From NCBI GenBank assembly GCA_041675005.1, contig JBAYUQ010000011.1:15270-79269 (forward strand): a DNA stretch of 64,000 nt, in the 5' to 3' direction. The position numbers and the translations under genes are program-made. The stretch comes from Candidatus Kapaibacterium sp. (lineage in GTDB: Bacteria; Bacteroidota; Ignavibacteria; Kapaibacteriales; UBA2268). This document shows, piece by piece, positions 28,443 to 38,791 of the stretch (positions are counted from its first letter, which is position 1; every line of letters begins with the position of its first letter). The notes beneath the pieces are model-generated. The model saw only the letters and a list, made by a program, of their open reading frames with translations. It did not search any database and had not been told where the DNA came from.

Positions 28443-28574
28443 CTAACTATTCAGGTAATGCTTCCTTACCTTCACAATTAAACTAGAAGAAACAGATAAA
28501 TGCCCACTAATATCACGAACAGATTTTCCTTGGTCTATTAATGATATAATCTTCTGCCTCTTTTCTTTCTCCAT
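28443..28574 (-). pseudogene. remnant of a transposase-type N-terminal helix-turn-helix ORF
   Basis: The minus strand reads MEKEKRQKIISLIDQGKSVRDISGHLSVSSSLIVKVRKHYLNS*. This fits the pattern (R.KI..L...G.S.R.I...L.VS.S.V.K) of the first HTH of IS630/IS3-like transposase ORFs. No catalytic part follows. Confidence 0.4.
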
Positions 28575-28784
28575 AAACTTGGTAATTGATTCAGTACTTC
28601 TTTTTCTTCTTCCTTTTGAAGTATTGTACTAATGCTGTAGTTACATCTTAGTATAAATTAAAGTAAAATAAACTTATAATTTTTTAATAAATTCATAATA
28701 TCTACTATTGTTTAATAGTATGGAATTAAGTAATTTAGAAGTGTTAAAAAAACTTACAATTTTAAATCACTTTTAGGAGTATAT

Positions 28785-31700
28785 ATGAAACATTCTCATA
28801 CAACCTTTAAAAACAAGGGCAAAATCATCAATTACCTTTTGGTCTTGATGATATTTTTCAACTTCCCCAATATTACAGATGCACAGGAAAACCCAATTGT
28901 AAAAGTTGTTGTTTCCGCAAAAGAAGGCGATAAAAATCCATTTATTGAAGTTAAATATGTTTTACGTGAATCAACGTTTATTCAAATTGACAGAATTGAA
29001 ATAATTGATCAGGATCTTAATTTTTACGAATTGAAAGAAAAGGATATAAGTGATGCTGACCTGAACGGTGATATCGGTTATACTGAAACTGCTAGTCCTT
29101 CCACAAAGACTTTCAATTGGTACTATGAGCCAACACTTACTGACAATGATATATCAGGTAAATTAAATGTTAAGATATACCTTAGTGCAAAATCATCCCA
29201 ACCCGCATCTATAAAGATTCATCTGGGTGATGTTATGCCACAATATGAAAATCAAACAGGTCCTGTTATCCTGAGAAATTCAGAGGGACCAACTGATAAT
29301 TATCAACCATATACAGGGCTTTCACCGTTGGGAAATTGGCATAATACTTTGCCGGATGCAGCTAAATTCTATGCAATAGGTTCAGTATCAGATTTCCCTG
29401 TTTACAGACATAGTTCAAGTAATTTTAATGGAAGGCCTACTTTGCCAAGTGGTTCTTCATTTTTTGCATTTAATGATGAAACAAAAACACGACAGATATG
29501 GATAAACGCAGCAGCTGGTAAAATGCAGGGACTTCCCGGAGCTCAAAAATTATGGGATTTCCAAATACATTATACCGGTGATGAAAAGTCTGGTACTGCA
29601 ATTGTAGGTATAGCAAGCGACGGAACTCCAGATTTAACATCAACATCAACAACTAATGCCACACTGGAGTTAGAATATTCTTCATCTGATGCTGTGGCTT
29701 CAAATGAAGTTGAAATAGATAAAAAACCTGCACTTAAGCTAATAGTAACTGCAGATAAGGATTATATTGAAAAGCCGGTTGCCCCTAATGATTCAGTATT
29801 TTTATATATTAAAGTAGATAAACCTGACGATAAAGGTGTTTTCAGCTCCGCTGAAGGTGCAAAAGTATTCGTTAGAAATGAGGTAAATAAAGATAATAAA
29901 TTTGTTGAACTTGGAGGGAAAACTGATGCAAATGGCGAGTTAGTGTACTTATACATAATTCCTGAAAATACTGAATTTGGTTTATACAGTATTCAAATTT
30001 ATGCAGAAACTAATGATAGTGATGCACTTAAATCTAAAACAGTAAAAAGCGTAATAAAAGTTGCACCAGAGCCGGATTTAGAGATTACCTCTGATGAAGA
30101 ATCGTACAAAATATTGCAGGAAGAAACAGTTGAAATAGATCTTATAGTACGAAATAAAGACGGTGAAATAGTAGAAGGCGCAAGAGTAACTGTAATTAAT
30201 CCTATAAATCAAGCTGGTTTTGAGGAATATCTTGGAAAAACAGATGCTGGTGGAAAATTATTATATAAATTTCCTATTCCAAAAGATACAAAAGATTCAG
30301 CTTATGAATTTACTTTCTACGCAAATGAAACACTTGATGAATCCCAAAAATCTAATCCATTAAAAGTAAGAGTTATAGTTGGTAAAATACCAATTCTGTT
30401 GATTAACATTACACCTAATACAGACTACAAACTGAAACCCAATGAATCGGAAAAAATTGTACTTACAATTACAGAAAACAAAGAGGGTGAAACAGTTCCA
30501 GTTGAAGATGCTCAAATATATATACAAGACGGTTTGAATGGAGATAAGTCTTTCAGATTTTTGGGAGCAACAAATGCAAATGGAGTAAGGCCGTATGATA
30601 TTCTGGTTCCCGAAGAAAAAGAAAAAGGCGAATATGAAGTAAAGTTCTATGCTTCAAAGGATAAATATGTTGATTCTGAAAAATCTATTGTAAAAGTTGA
30701 AGTAAGTATTGACTCTTGCTGGAAGCAAGGCGCTTTGGAGTTCTGCACAAAAAAAGGTTGGGAAGAGAAAGAAGGAGATCCAATTATAAAATCAAATGGA
30801 GAAGTCCTTATAAACAACTTGATTTCTTTTAGCGGAACAATGGAAATAAATAAAGAAACCCTGAAACTCAATGCAAATGGAACTTTCTCAGTAAAAAATG
30901 TTCCACTTCCTGGAGGCGGTAATGGAACCATCACATTAATGAGCGGTAATCTGGTTAACGTTGAACTACTAGGTTCAAATGGAAGTTTTACGAATTTATT
31001 GAATCAATCGCTTTCCGCTGCACCAAAAATATGCGGGGTGCAAGTTGAAAAAATAACGGATATTAAGTTGATAGGTGGTACAAATGCAACAGGTGTTGAA
31101 ATCAGTGCCTCGATTAAAATTCCGGGATTCGCTCCCGGATGTGATGAAGATGGAAAGAAACCGGTTGATACGGGCATAAAGGTAACTGGTTTAAAGATAC
31201 AAAGAAATACAGGTATGTATTTTGATGGTTTTGAAGTTACTAATTTATCTCCAGCTCCAAAATTCTGTCTTAACAAATTAACTTATAACTATGATCAGAA
31301 AACTGACAAACTTGATCTAGGAGCTGAATTCACTGTCCCATTTATGAAAGTTGGTGCAGGTGCATCATTCAGGAATGCAATGCTTGACAGTGTCGGATTC
31401 AAAGGTGAACTGGCAAAAGGAATACCAATTGGAAATACAGGGGTATGTGTACTAGGATTAGAAGGGAAAGCTCACGGACTTGCATTTCCACCTCTTGAAC
31501 TTACATTTGGCGGAACAGTAAATAACTGCTTAAACAAAGATCTGATGGAGATAACTGCAAGAGCTGGCTACAAAGCACCATCTACTATTTATATCAATGG
31601 TGAAGCAAACTTTATGAAATTGCCGGGTACTACTTATTGGCAAATAACAGGTACTCCTGAAATTAGGCTTGACTATAATAATGCGTTATTGAAATTGACC

Positions 31701-33233
31701 TCGCAACTAAAGTGTGGTACTTTTGACGGGAAAGCTTATGTGCTAAATGGAGCATTCGATATGGGATACAAGGCAGATGAAGGTAAATTTACCGGAAGAG
31801 TAAACGGTAGTTTGACTTTACCAGAACTAGCATTTAAAGGATTTCCTTATGATATTATTAAAGCAAGATTAAAGCTTCCTTATACTGCATCAATGAATGC
31901 TTTGATAAATATGTCTGAAAACACCCGTCATATTTACACAGAATGCAATTTTGCAGAACTTGGGAAATTTAATTTCCAGCTAGATTTGACAAAATCGAGC
32001 GACGACACAGAATTCTTTACTTATAACAAAGGTCAACAATATATACCATCTATTGTTCCTATAGGTAAAAAAAGCAATGATGGAAATTCAATACAAGCAG
32101 ATATAGAAAAAAGCATCAACATACCCGCAAATTCGGAGTGGATGTATGTTAGAATTAATAGCACATTACATGCTCCTAGTAGCAAACTGATAATGCCTGA
32201 TAAAACAGAGTTGACAGGACCTGATGAAGATGCAAATGTATTGCATTTTAATTCTGAAGATGGTTTAACTTCATTCTGGTCTGTTGAAGCTCCTATGGCA
32301 GGCGATTGGAAGATAGTATTATTAGATGGTTCTGAGTCCGATATTGTAGAAGTTTACATCACAGAAAGTGAAACTCCTTTCTCAGTTTCTGCTACTCAGA
32401 AAGATAATCAAGTTACATTGTCTTGGAATACAGATTCTTTTGAACCGACTGATAATATAGAATTCTATATAGATGACAATGGTGATGGATTTGATGGTTA
32501 TAAATTTGCTGAAGTTCGTGCGACTCAGGCTGAATATATATTCACAATGCCAGACACTTTGGGTTACTGTAATAACTACATATATGCTTATGTGCAGTCA
32601 GATAGTGAAGAGTTGCTTGCTACTGGCTATGCGGATGCACCAGTAATGAATGAAAAGACTTCATTACCTCCGCCACACGACATGACTGCCGTTTACTACA
32701 CAACAGGAAAGCTGATGACAGTTGAGTGGATGCCGAATAACATGGAAAAAGTGGTAGGATATTATGTTATAGTTACTGACAAAGATGGCAATGATTCAAC
32801 TTATGCTATAGTTTATGCAAATGACCATAAAGTTCAGTTCAATTTGGAAGATAATAAAGACATAACCATAAGAATGGCAGCAATTGATGCAGACTACAGA
32901 AGCGGATGCCCATCAGCACCAATAGATATTATTACTGATGTAGAAACAGATCCTATTACAGGTTTAGTTTTCGATGAAAGTAGAATTTCAATAGTACCTA
33001 ATCCTGTTACTGATCAAACTAATATATCATTTAAGTTGAATTGCAACTCTTATGTAAGATTAGCAATATATGATATGTTTGGTAATAGAATAGCATTACT
33101 TGCTGAAGGTTACTACCAAACTGGTATTATAAACAGCAAGTGGAATTCTCAAGGACTGGCAGCAGGTACTTATTTGGTAAAACTAGAAGCTGAGGACATA
33201 TACACAACACAGAAGCTAATACTAATCAAATAA
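28785..33233 (+). CDS. very large secreted surface protein with Ig-like repeats and a T9SS C-terminal sorting domain
   Basis: 1482 aa with an AGGAG site 7 nt upstream and a signal peptide. It has three consecutive ~105-aa repeats (..V.V.N......F..LG.TDA.G.L.Y...IP..T....Y....YA), FN3-like segments near the C-terminus, and the CTD IVPNPVTDQTNISFKL...GTYLVKLEAEDIYTTQKLILIK. Confidence 0.85.
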   Translation: MKHSHTTFKNKGKIINYLLVLMIFFNFPNITDAQENPIVKVVVSAKEGDKNPFIEVKYVLRESTFIQIDRIEIIDQDLNFYELKEKDISDADLNGDIGYTETASPSTKTFNWYYEPTLTDNDISGKLNVKIYLSAKSSQPASIKIHLGDVMPQYENQTGPVILRNSEGPTDNYQPYTGLSPLGNWHNTLPDAAKFYAIGSVSDFPVYRHSSSNFNGRPTLPSGSSFFAFNDETKTRQIWINAAAGKMQGLPGAQKLWDFQIHYTGDEKSGTAIVGIASDGTPDLTSTSTTNATLELEYSSSDAVASNEVEIDKKPALKLIVTADKDYIEKPVAPNDSVFLYIKVDKPDDKGVFSSAEGAKVFVRNEVNKDNKFVELGGKTDANGELVYLYIIPENTEFGLYSIQIYAETNDSDALKSKTVKSVIKVAPEPDLEITSDEESYKILQEETVEIDLIVRNKDGEIVEGARVTVINPINQAGFEEYLGKTDAGGKLLYKFPIPKDTKDSAYEFTFYANETLDESQKSNPLKVRVIVGKIPILLINITPNTDYKLKPNESEKIVLTITENKEGETVPVEDAQIYIQDGLNGDKSFRFLGATNANGVRPYDILVPEEKEKGEYEVKFYASKDKYVDSEKSIVKVEVSIDSCWKQGALEFCTKKGWEEKEGDPIIKSNGEVLINNLISFSGTMEINKETLKLNANGTFSVKNVPLPGGGNGTITLMSGNLVNVELLGSNGSFTNLLNQSLSAAPKICGVQVEKITDIKLIGGTNATGVEISASIKIPGFAPGCDEDGKKPVDTGIKVTGLKIQRNTGMYFDGFEVTNLSPAPKFCLNKLTYNYDQKTDKLDLGAEFTVPFMKVGAGASFRNAMLDSVGFKGELAKGIPIGNTGVCVLGLEGKAHGLAFPPLELTFGGTVNNCLNKDLMEITARAGYKAPSTIYINGEANFMKLPGTTYWQITGTPEIRLDYNNALLKLTSQLKCGTFDGKAYVLNGAFDMGYKADEGKFTGRVNGSLTLPELAFKGFPYDIIKARLKLPYTASMNALINMSENTRHIYTECNFAELGKFNFQLDLTKSSDDTEFFTYNKGQQYIPSIVPIGKKSNDGNSIQADIEKSINIPANSEWMYVRINSTLHAPSSKLIMPDKTELTGPDEDANVLHFNSEDGLTSFWSVEAPMAGDWKIVLLDGSESDIVEVYITESETPFSVSATQKDNQVTLSWNTDSFEPTDNIEFYIDDNGDGFDGYKFAEVRATQAEYIFTMPDTLGYCNNYIYAYVQSDSEELLATGYADAPVMNEKTSLPPPHDMTAVYYTTGKLMTVEWMPNNMEKVVGYYVIVTDKDGNDSTYAIVYANDHKVQFNLEDNKDITIRMAAIDADYRSGCPSAPIDIITDVETDPITGLVFDESRISIVPNPVTDQTNISFKLNCNSYVRLAIYDMFGNRIALLAEGYYQTGIINSKWNSQGLAAGTYLVKLEAEDIYTTQKLILIK

Positions 33234-33370
33234 TTAACTTATAACAACTAAAATACAAATCCCGATATTTGCAGAAAGTATCGGGATTTTTTTTGTGTCA
33301 AATGAGGGGGGTATTTTCATGTTTGACATTTATTTTATGGAAATACTTCACATAAATATTCATTGTGCTG

Positions 33371-33573
33371 AAATTCCCCTTTTTAAAAAAGGGGTGGCAG
33401 GCGCACGAAGTGTGTCTGACGGGGTATTTAAGTATTTTCATTATTTCATATTTTATAATTCTTAAGGCTTATTTTATACTAATCACTATTCTGTCTTTCT
33501 GCTTTTTTTAACACCCCGTCTCACGCCTTTGGCGTGATCCACCCCTCTTTCGCGTTGCTTAAAGAGGGGAATA
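33371..33573. repeat. MITE-like inverted-repeat element
   Basis: The left arm AAATTCCCCTTTTTAAAAAAGGGGTGGCAGGCGCACGAAGTGTGTCTGACGGGGTAT (33371..33427) and the reverse complement of the right arm (33509..33573: ATATTCCCCTCTTTAAGC..GAGGGGTGGATCACGCC..GGCGTGAGACGGGGTGTT) are collinear. They are separated by about 80 bp of AT-rich spacer. Confidence 0.7.
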
Positions 33574-33712
33574 TCATCGCTGATAACTTATCATGTAAAT
33601 AAACAGATAACCAATAGGGATTGTTTATATATAAAAATTTCTTCCGTATAGATTTATTTAATTTCATTCTAATACTTTTTACTTTAATGCTTTTTCTAAT
33701 AATATCCGATAC

Positions 33713-34321
33713 TTAGCGCTTTATTAATTCATCCTTAATTGCAGGAGTTTCAATTATTTGTATCCTTTTATTATCATTAACCCTATTGGTATCTTTTTTT
33801 AAATCATTTACAACTTCGAATAATATTTTTCTTAAGTTTTTATCATATTTTTCAGAAAAAGCAGGATATTTATCTTTTTGCTGAATACCAAGAGGCCAAC
33901 TGAACATAAACGATGTTGGAGTTAAATAAAAGTAGAAGAAGTCACGTATAAAATCGTTATCTTTTTCTTTTAAAATGTTAATTATTTCAATATTGTTCTC
34001 ACTAACAAATGAGCTTACTTTGTTAGCAAACATATTCTGTCCATCAAATGCCCAAAAGCTATTGACTCTTCTCGCACAAGACTGTGCAAATTTCTCAACA
34101 ATTGACTCGACGCTTATACAAGATCCGTTAAAAATGCTATCAATATACTTACTAGAGTTTATATAATCCTCAGATTCAGCGTAATGTCCATAGATATCAA
34201 GAGGAAGTTCATCAAAATAATTTTTAACTTCATTACAGCTTATCAACGGCGCACTAACATTGGATGAAAACATAAAACAAAATAGTATTGTGATAATTAT
34301 ACTTAATTGCAGGAATTTCAT
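33713..34321 (-). CDS. hypothetical small secreted protein, very AT-rich gene
   Basis: 202-aa ORF with a signal peptide (ILFCFMFSSNVSA). It loosely resembles the C-terminal half of ORF 34395..35015 (FF.FY....., FSEKY/F, K.IF.E.N..L.K). Confidence 0.6.
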   Translation of the reverse strand: MKFLQLSIIITILFCFMFSSNVSAPLISCNEVKNYFDELPLDIYGHYAESEDYINSSKYIDSIFNGSCISVESIVEKFAQSCARRVNSFWAFDGQNMFANKVSSFVSENNIEIINILKEKDNDFIRDFFYFYLTPTSFMFSWPLGIQQKDKYPAFSEKYDKNLRKILFEVVNDLKKDTNRVNDNKRIQIIETPAIKDELIKR

Positions 34322-34394
34322 TTATTTGTACCTCTATTTAATATAGTCTTTAAACATATTTATTCATTAATTATCTATTAATTTATAAATTATT

Positions 34395-35015
34395 TTAATG
34401 AGAATATTTTTCTAGGTTTTTGTTAAATTCATTAAATATAATCTTATAAATATCTGGGTCTGTTTTTTTCAAGTGTTCAAATTTTTCAGAAAAAACGTCA
34501 TCAGGATGCTGATTATCAAAGTAATAGTTCCAAAACGTAGCTTGACTCTTAATATCAAATCTCTTTAAAGTTTTAATAAATATCAAAAAATTTTCATTAA
34601 TTTTATGATAAAGATGATACTGAAACATTGCATGTGAATTCCATTCATCCAATTGAATAAATAGTTTAATAGTTCTACTAAAAAATAAACTATCATCAAT
34701 ACAACTTAATTGGAAATATCTTTCCACTACCTTCTCAGAAAAAGTAAATTGTTTCCTTCTTTCAATATTAGGATTGTTTAAAAAATATTTATAAAAATTA
34801 TTACTATCATTTGGAAAAAGATTAAAAAATTCTGTTTGATTCTTACAATCGACCGAATCGCTAGTTAAATTTTCAATTGCTGTAATCATTTTCTGCCAAT
34901 TGCTGTCACTTAAGGACATTGACGTATAACAGAAAGTGAAAAATATATAAATAAATATAATAAGGGTTTTGTGTTTCATGTATAATTTTATCTTCAATCG
35001 TGTTCTCAAGGTCAA
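34395..35015 (-). CDS. hypothetical small secreted protein, very AT-rich gene
   Basis: 206-aa ORF. The likelier start is the internal MKHKTLIIFIYIFFTFCYTS (around 34979), which gives a signal peptide. No recognisable domain. Confidence 0.6.
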   Translation of the reverse strand: MTLRTRLKIKLYMKHKTLIIFIYIFFTFCYTSMSLSDSNWQKMITAIENLTSDSVDCKNQTEFFNLFPNDSNNFYKYFLNNPNIERRKQFTFSEKVVERYFQLSCIDDSLFFSRTIKLFIQLDEWNSHAMFQYHLYHKINENFLIFIKTLKRFDIKSQATFWNYYFDNQHPDDVFSEKFEHLKKTDPDIYKIIFNEFNKNLEKYSH

Positions 35016-35085
35016 TTAAATCTTTAAATTCTTTAGTTTCATCAGAGTAATACGACCAACTCTTTTTGCTCTCTTAGTTTCAGTT

Positions 35086-38000
35086 CTACTTCACTATCAC
35101 CAAGCGAGTGTAATATATAATCTCTCCCGATTGCAAAATCACAGAATAAGTACCAGAGCCAAAATCATCGGCATCGAATTCTATTAAGTGCGTTCCTACA
35201 GTTAGATTCTTGCTTATATTTTTTATCTGAGTGCCGAGAATGTCAAATATCGTGATATTTATATCTCTTTTCTCTTTCAAGTATAACTCAAAGTAGCCAG
35301 TATTATTCACAGGGTTTGGTCTGATATCTAATACCACATTGGAGACGTCAACTAATCTCTTTTCAAATGCGCAGCACTCAGCTATCAGTATGCCATCTCT
35401 AGTGTTCACTCGTGAAAAACCATCAGCGAAATTGTCTATTCGTAACTCCAGTGGTGTCTCGAAATCGTCTCCAAGCAGAACTTCAGCATTCAATACAGCT
35501 AGTAGTCCATCTTGGTTAAGATTACCGTTTGAAGTAACATTTATATGATCTGGGAATACTGTCAGAGTTTCATTCCCTGCTATATAGCCTTCATTAACAG
35601 GTGTGTTGTTAAACCGGGCAATTCTAAAGTTGTGATAAATTGAAAATTCAATACCTGTCTTATTGGCATCGTTCATCAACTGAGCAATATCCTTTGTGGT
35701 AAGCCCTGTCCCTTCTTTCGGAGTTATTCTGACTGGAATATCAACATTTGTTCCAACTATACCAGTTACACTCTCCACATAAATATCAGCACAGACAATG
35801 CCTCTACCTCTTATCAGAAGCGTATCAGGATCTGCCAGCCAGTCGCCGTTACTTTCAAAATAAATCTTCTTTTCAAAATCTCCAATCTGTTGCGGAGTAA
35901 AGTTAATTGCAACTTCTTTGCTATTGTCCACCTCTATTGTAATCGGTAATCCGGCATTTACATTTATATTCCCCGCACCTGTTTCTGTTACAGATGTTAC
36001 ATCTAGATCACCATTTCCAAAGTTCCTAATAACTGCTGTGGTGTCTATAGACTCTCCAATACAAACCTCACCGAGATAGATAGCATTTTCTCTCATATTT
36101 ATAACGGGTCTGAATCCGCGGCCTGTGAGATTAGTGTTTTCTGGATCTTCACATATTGCTTTATCGTTCATAACATAGTCAAGAAATGCTTCTCTGTTTT
36201 CTTCATCCTGTGGATCAAATTGGATATCAAATACCTGGTTCTCTCCTGGAGAAAGGTATATAGGATAAGTAACCCCAGCTGGCAAAACAACAGTATAATC
36301 GTTCGGATGTACACCTCTGATTCTTATATCCTCTATCTCTACACCTGCTGATCCTGTTGAAGTAACAACTGCCTGCAATGTAGAAGAATTTCCTATTCTT
36401 ACATCGCCAAAAACTTTTGTCAACTCAGTTACCAATGAACGTGTTGCTACAACTGCACTAATATTTCTCGTCATCTCAAATCCTGAAGCTGTTCTGATTG
36501 TAACAGTACCGGTGTAGGTTCCTTCGTTGGTAAATTCGGCAACTATATTAGCATTAGCACTACCATTAGAAGGTATAGTGAACTTTACCGGATTTACTGT
36601 AAAGGCATTACTAGTTGATGTTATGAACACCGAATCTATATCCACAACACAAGCAGTTGGATTATCCAATTTAAGTGCGAAAGGATATTTTGTACCCGGA
36701 CATATAGTATCAAAAGCTACTTCGGTTTGCTGTATCTCAAATATAGGTAAATCCCCCCTGCCTATAATGACGAGAGTATCAAATCCGGGTGCAGATTGAC
36801 TTTCTATCACCAGTAAAGTCGTATCACTACCCTGAGTATTAGGAATGAACTGAATCAAAGCCCTGCCAATGGAGCCATCATCTGCTTTTGGTATTACCAA
36901 AGGAAAATCGGTAGCATTTCCAAGTGAAAACTGATTCAAAGAATTTCTGTAAAAATTATAATCTCGAATAGTTACATCACAACCTCCACGGTTGAGTATA
37001 GCCCATTCGAATGTAGCAGTATCTCCAATACATACAGCTCCCAGATCAAGTGTATCTGTTTTATCAGCAAAGTAAAATTCTTCGCTTTTACCCGTGCCAG
37101 ATATAACTGCAGTATCTCTTACAATTAAAGTGTCACCACCGGGGAAACCATCAAAATCTCTTATTTCCACTATCAGATTTACCTGATAATTGCCTAAAGC
37201 TCCAGGTTGAAAATGTATGTCAAGTGGTGTTGCAATATTGGGCTGTAATGTTCCCGGTAAAGTTTGTGCGATTTTGAAATAGTTTATATCAGGAGTATTC
37301 CCCTCTATATAAATATCTACAACATCACGGCATCTGACATCTTTTAAAAATACACGGGCTGCCATTGTGTCCGCCGTTGACGGACAAACAAAACCGAATT
37401 CCATATCAGGTATAGAGTCTCTGCTAAGAATTCCTGGTACTGTAATACATAACTCATCTATTGCAAGCGTATCATTTGCATTACCCATTAGCCGTATTGG
37501 TACTTTCAAATCAGCTGTATATAATCTCGGATCTGCGTGAAATGATACAACACCCACAGCAGATGTGCTTTCCTCGAGCAAGTCAGGCGTAATACTGTTT
37601 GAAGTCGCAACTGTATATAGTCCTGAAGGAAGAGCATCTATTTCTATTCTTACATTATTGAATGTGTTGTCTTTTGTGTTTGTAATTATGAATAAAACAT
37701 CTAAAGTGTCTGGATAATAAGGGTGATAATTCGGGTCATTACAATCTGTCTGATGCAATGTGTCAAACGGAACGCATCCATCTGGTCTTGCATAGAAAAT
37801 ACCGTCACCTGCACCACCTGACGGCCCACCACCAGTTGTTGAACCTGCATCGATTACTTCAAGAGAGTCAACTATACCAATTTCTGTTGAAGCAAGGACT
37901 TTCTTCTGCCCGGCTCCTACGGATTCCTCATCCCATATTAATAATACGGCACTATCTGTATAAGTAAGAGTGTTATCAGCATTTCGGTCTTTCCATAAGA

Positions 38001-38784
38001 ATTTTCCAAGACCTTTTAGGGTATTCTGCCCAGTATAATCTGCCCAGTTCCCAAACATAAAAAAGTCAGGTGCAATCAGCCCTTGTTCTTTCAAATTACC
38101 CCTTGCAGTCAACCCTGGTTGAACCGTACTACCTTCCAAGGCCAGCCAAAATTCAGGTATTCCAGGTGCCATCGCATCGGTGAATTGTTGTTCTGAGTTA
38201 TAATAACCATAAGATGTCACGATCGGTGTCCTATCATTGTTACCGATTTTGGTATCTATTAGTAGAAGTACACCAACATCATGAGCTTTAGAAGACGTAT
38301 CCGCAGAAACTGACATCTTAATAAATCCACCACTTGGTCTTTTACTCGGCTCCATTGAAAATGTAAATCTAACTTTTTCACCATCCGGCATATTGGCTAT
38401 TAATTCCGAGTTTATCCTTGGCTTTCCGTTCAATGTGTCTCTGAACAATCGGGAAACCGTCAAAGAGTTTTGAGGGGGGGGCATCTCTGTATTAGGGTCT
38501 TCCTCAAATGGCAACTGGAATATAATACTGTCTATCATCAAGTGAACATGAGAAGTAAAGTTTGGTGGTGTGATTCCATTGCCATCTTCATTATATATTA
38601 AAGATTTTGGATCAACAGTCGGATCCAGATAAGATGTATTAATATAAAAATGTCCATTTTTCAAAACAACCGCATCCAGTAAGTAGGGAGGTAGCATATC
38701 TTCCAGTTTCAACTCTTGCTGTGCCGGTAGCATTGATGGTGCAATAATCAATGCAAGTATGAATATTTGAAAAATTCTTTTCAT
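35086..38784 (-). CDS. large secreted protein with multiple ASH/choice-of-anchor-D-like Ig-fold repeats and a T9SS C-terminal sorting domain
   Basis: 1232 aa with a signal peptide (APSMLPAQQ). The repeat signature LDLGAVCIGDT, VAFDTICPGT, IYLGEVCIGES, FGDVRIGNS recurs, each followed by ..N.G..D/V.I. The CTD reads IRPNPVNNTGYFELYL...GTYSVILQSGEIIYYTRLVIVK. Confidence 0.85.
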   Translation of the reverse strand: MKRIFQIFILALIIAPSMLPAQQELKLEDMLPPYLLDAVVLKNGHFYINTSYLDPTVDPKSLIYNEDGNGITPPNFTSHVHLMIDSIIFQLPFEEDPNTEMPPPQNSLTVSRLFRDTLNGKPRINSELIANMPDGEKVRFTFSMEPSKRPSGGFIKMSVSADTSSKAHDVGVLLLIDTKIGNNDRTPIVTSYGYYNSEQQFTDAMAPGIPEFWLALEGSTVQPGLTARGNLKEQGLIAPDFFMFGNWADYTGQNTLKGLGKFLWKDRNADNTLTYTDSAVLLIWDEESVGAGQKKVLASTEIGIVDSLEVIDAGSTTGGGPSGGAGDGIFYARPDGCVPFDTLHQTDCNDPNYHPYYPDTLDVLFIITNTKDNTFNNVRIEIDALPSGLYTVATSNSITPDLLEESTSAVGVVSFHADPRLYTADLKVPIRLMGNANDTLAIDELCITVPGILSRDSIPDMEFGFVCPSTADTMAARVFLKDVRCRDVVDIYIEGNTPDINYFKIAQTLPGTLQPNIATPLDIHFQPGALGNYQVNLIVEIRDFDGFPGGDTLIVRDTAVISGTGKSEEFYFADKTDTLDLGAVCIGDTATFEWAILNRGGCDVTIRDYNFYRNSLNQFSLGNATDFPLVIPKADDGSIGRALIQFIPNTQGSDTTLLVIESQSAPGFDTLVIIGRGDLPIFEIQQTEVAFDTICPGTKYPFALKLDNPTACVVDIDSVFITSTSNAFTVNPVKFTIPSNGSANANIVAEFTNEGTYTGTVTIRTASGFEMTRNISAVVATRSLVTELTKVFGDVRIGNSSTLQAVVTSTGSAGVEIEDIRIRGVHPNDYTVVLPAGVTYPIYLSPGENQVFDIQFDPQDEENREAFLDYVMNDKAICEDPENTNLTGRGFRPVINMRENAIYLGEVCIGESIDTTAVIRNFGNGDLDVTSVTETGAGNINVNAGLPITIEVDNSKEVAINFTPQQIGDFEKKIYFESNGDWLADPDTLLIRGRGIVCADIYVESVTGIVGTNVDIPVRITPKEGTGLTTKDIAQLMNDANKTGIEFSIYHNFRIARFNNTPVNEGYIAGNETLTVFPDHINVTSNGNLNQDGLLAVLNAEVLLGDDFETPLELRIDNFADGFSRVNTRDGILIAECCAFEKRLVDVSNVVLDIRPNPVNNTGYFELYLKEKRDINITIFDILGTQIKNISKNLTVGTHLIEFDADDFGSGTYSVILQSGEIIYYTRLVIVK

Positions 38785-38791
38785 ATTATTA

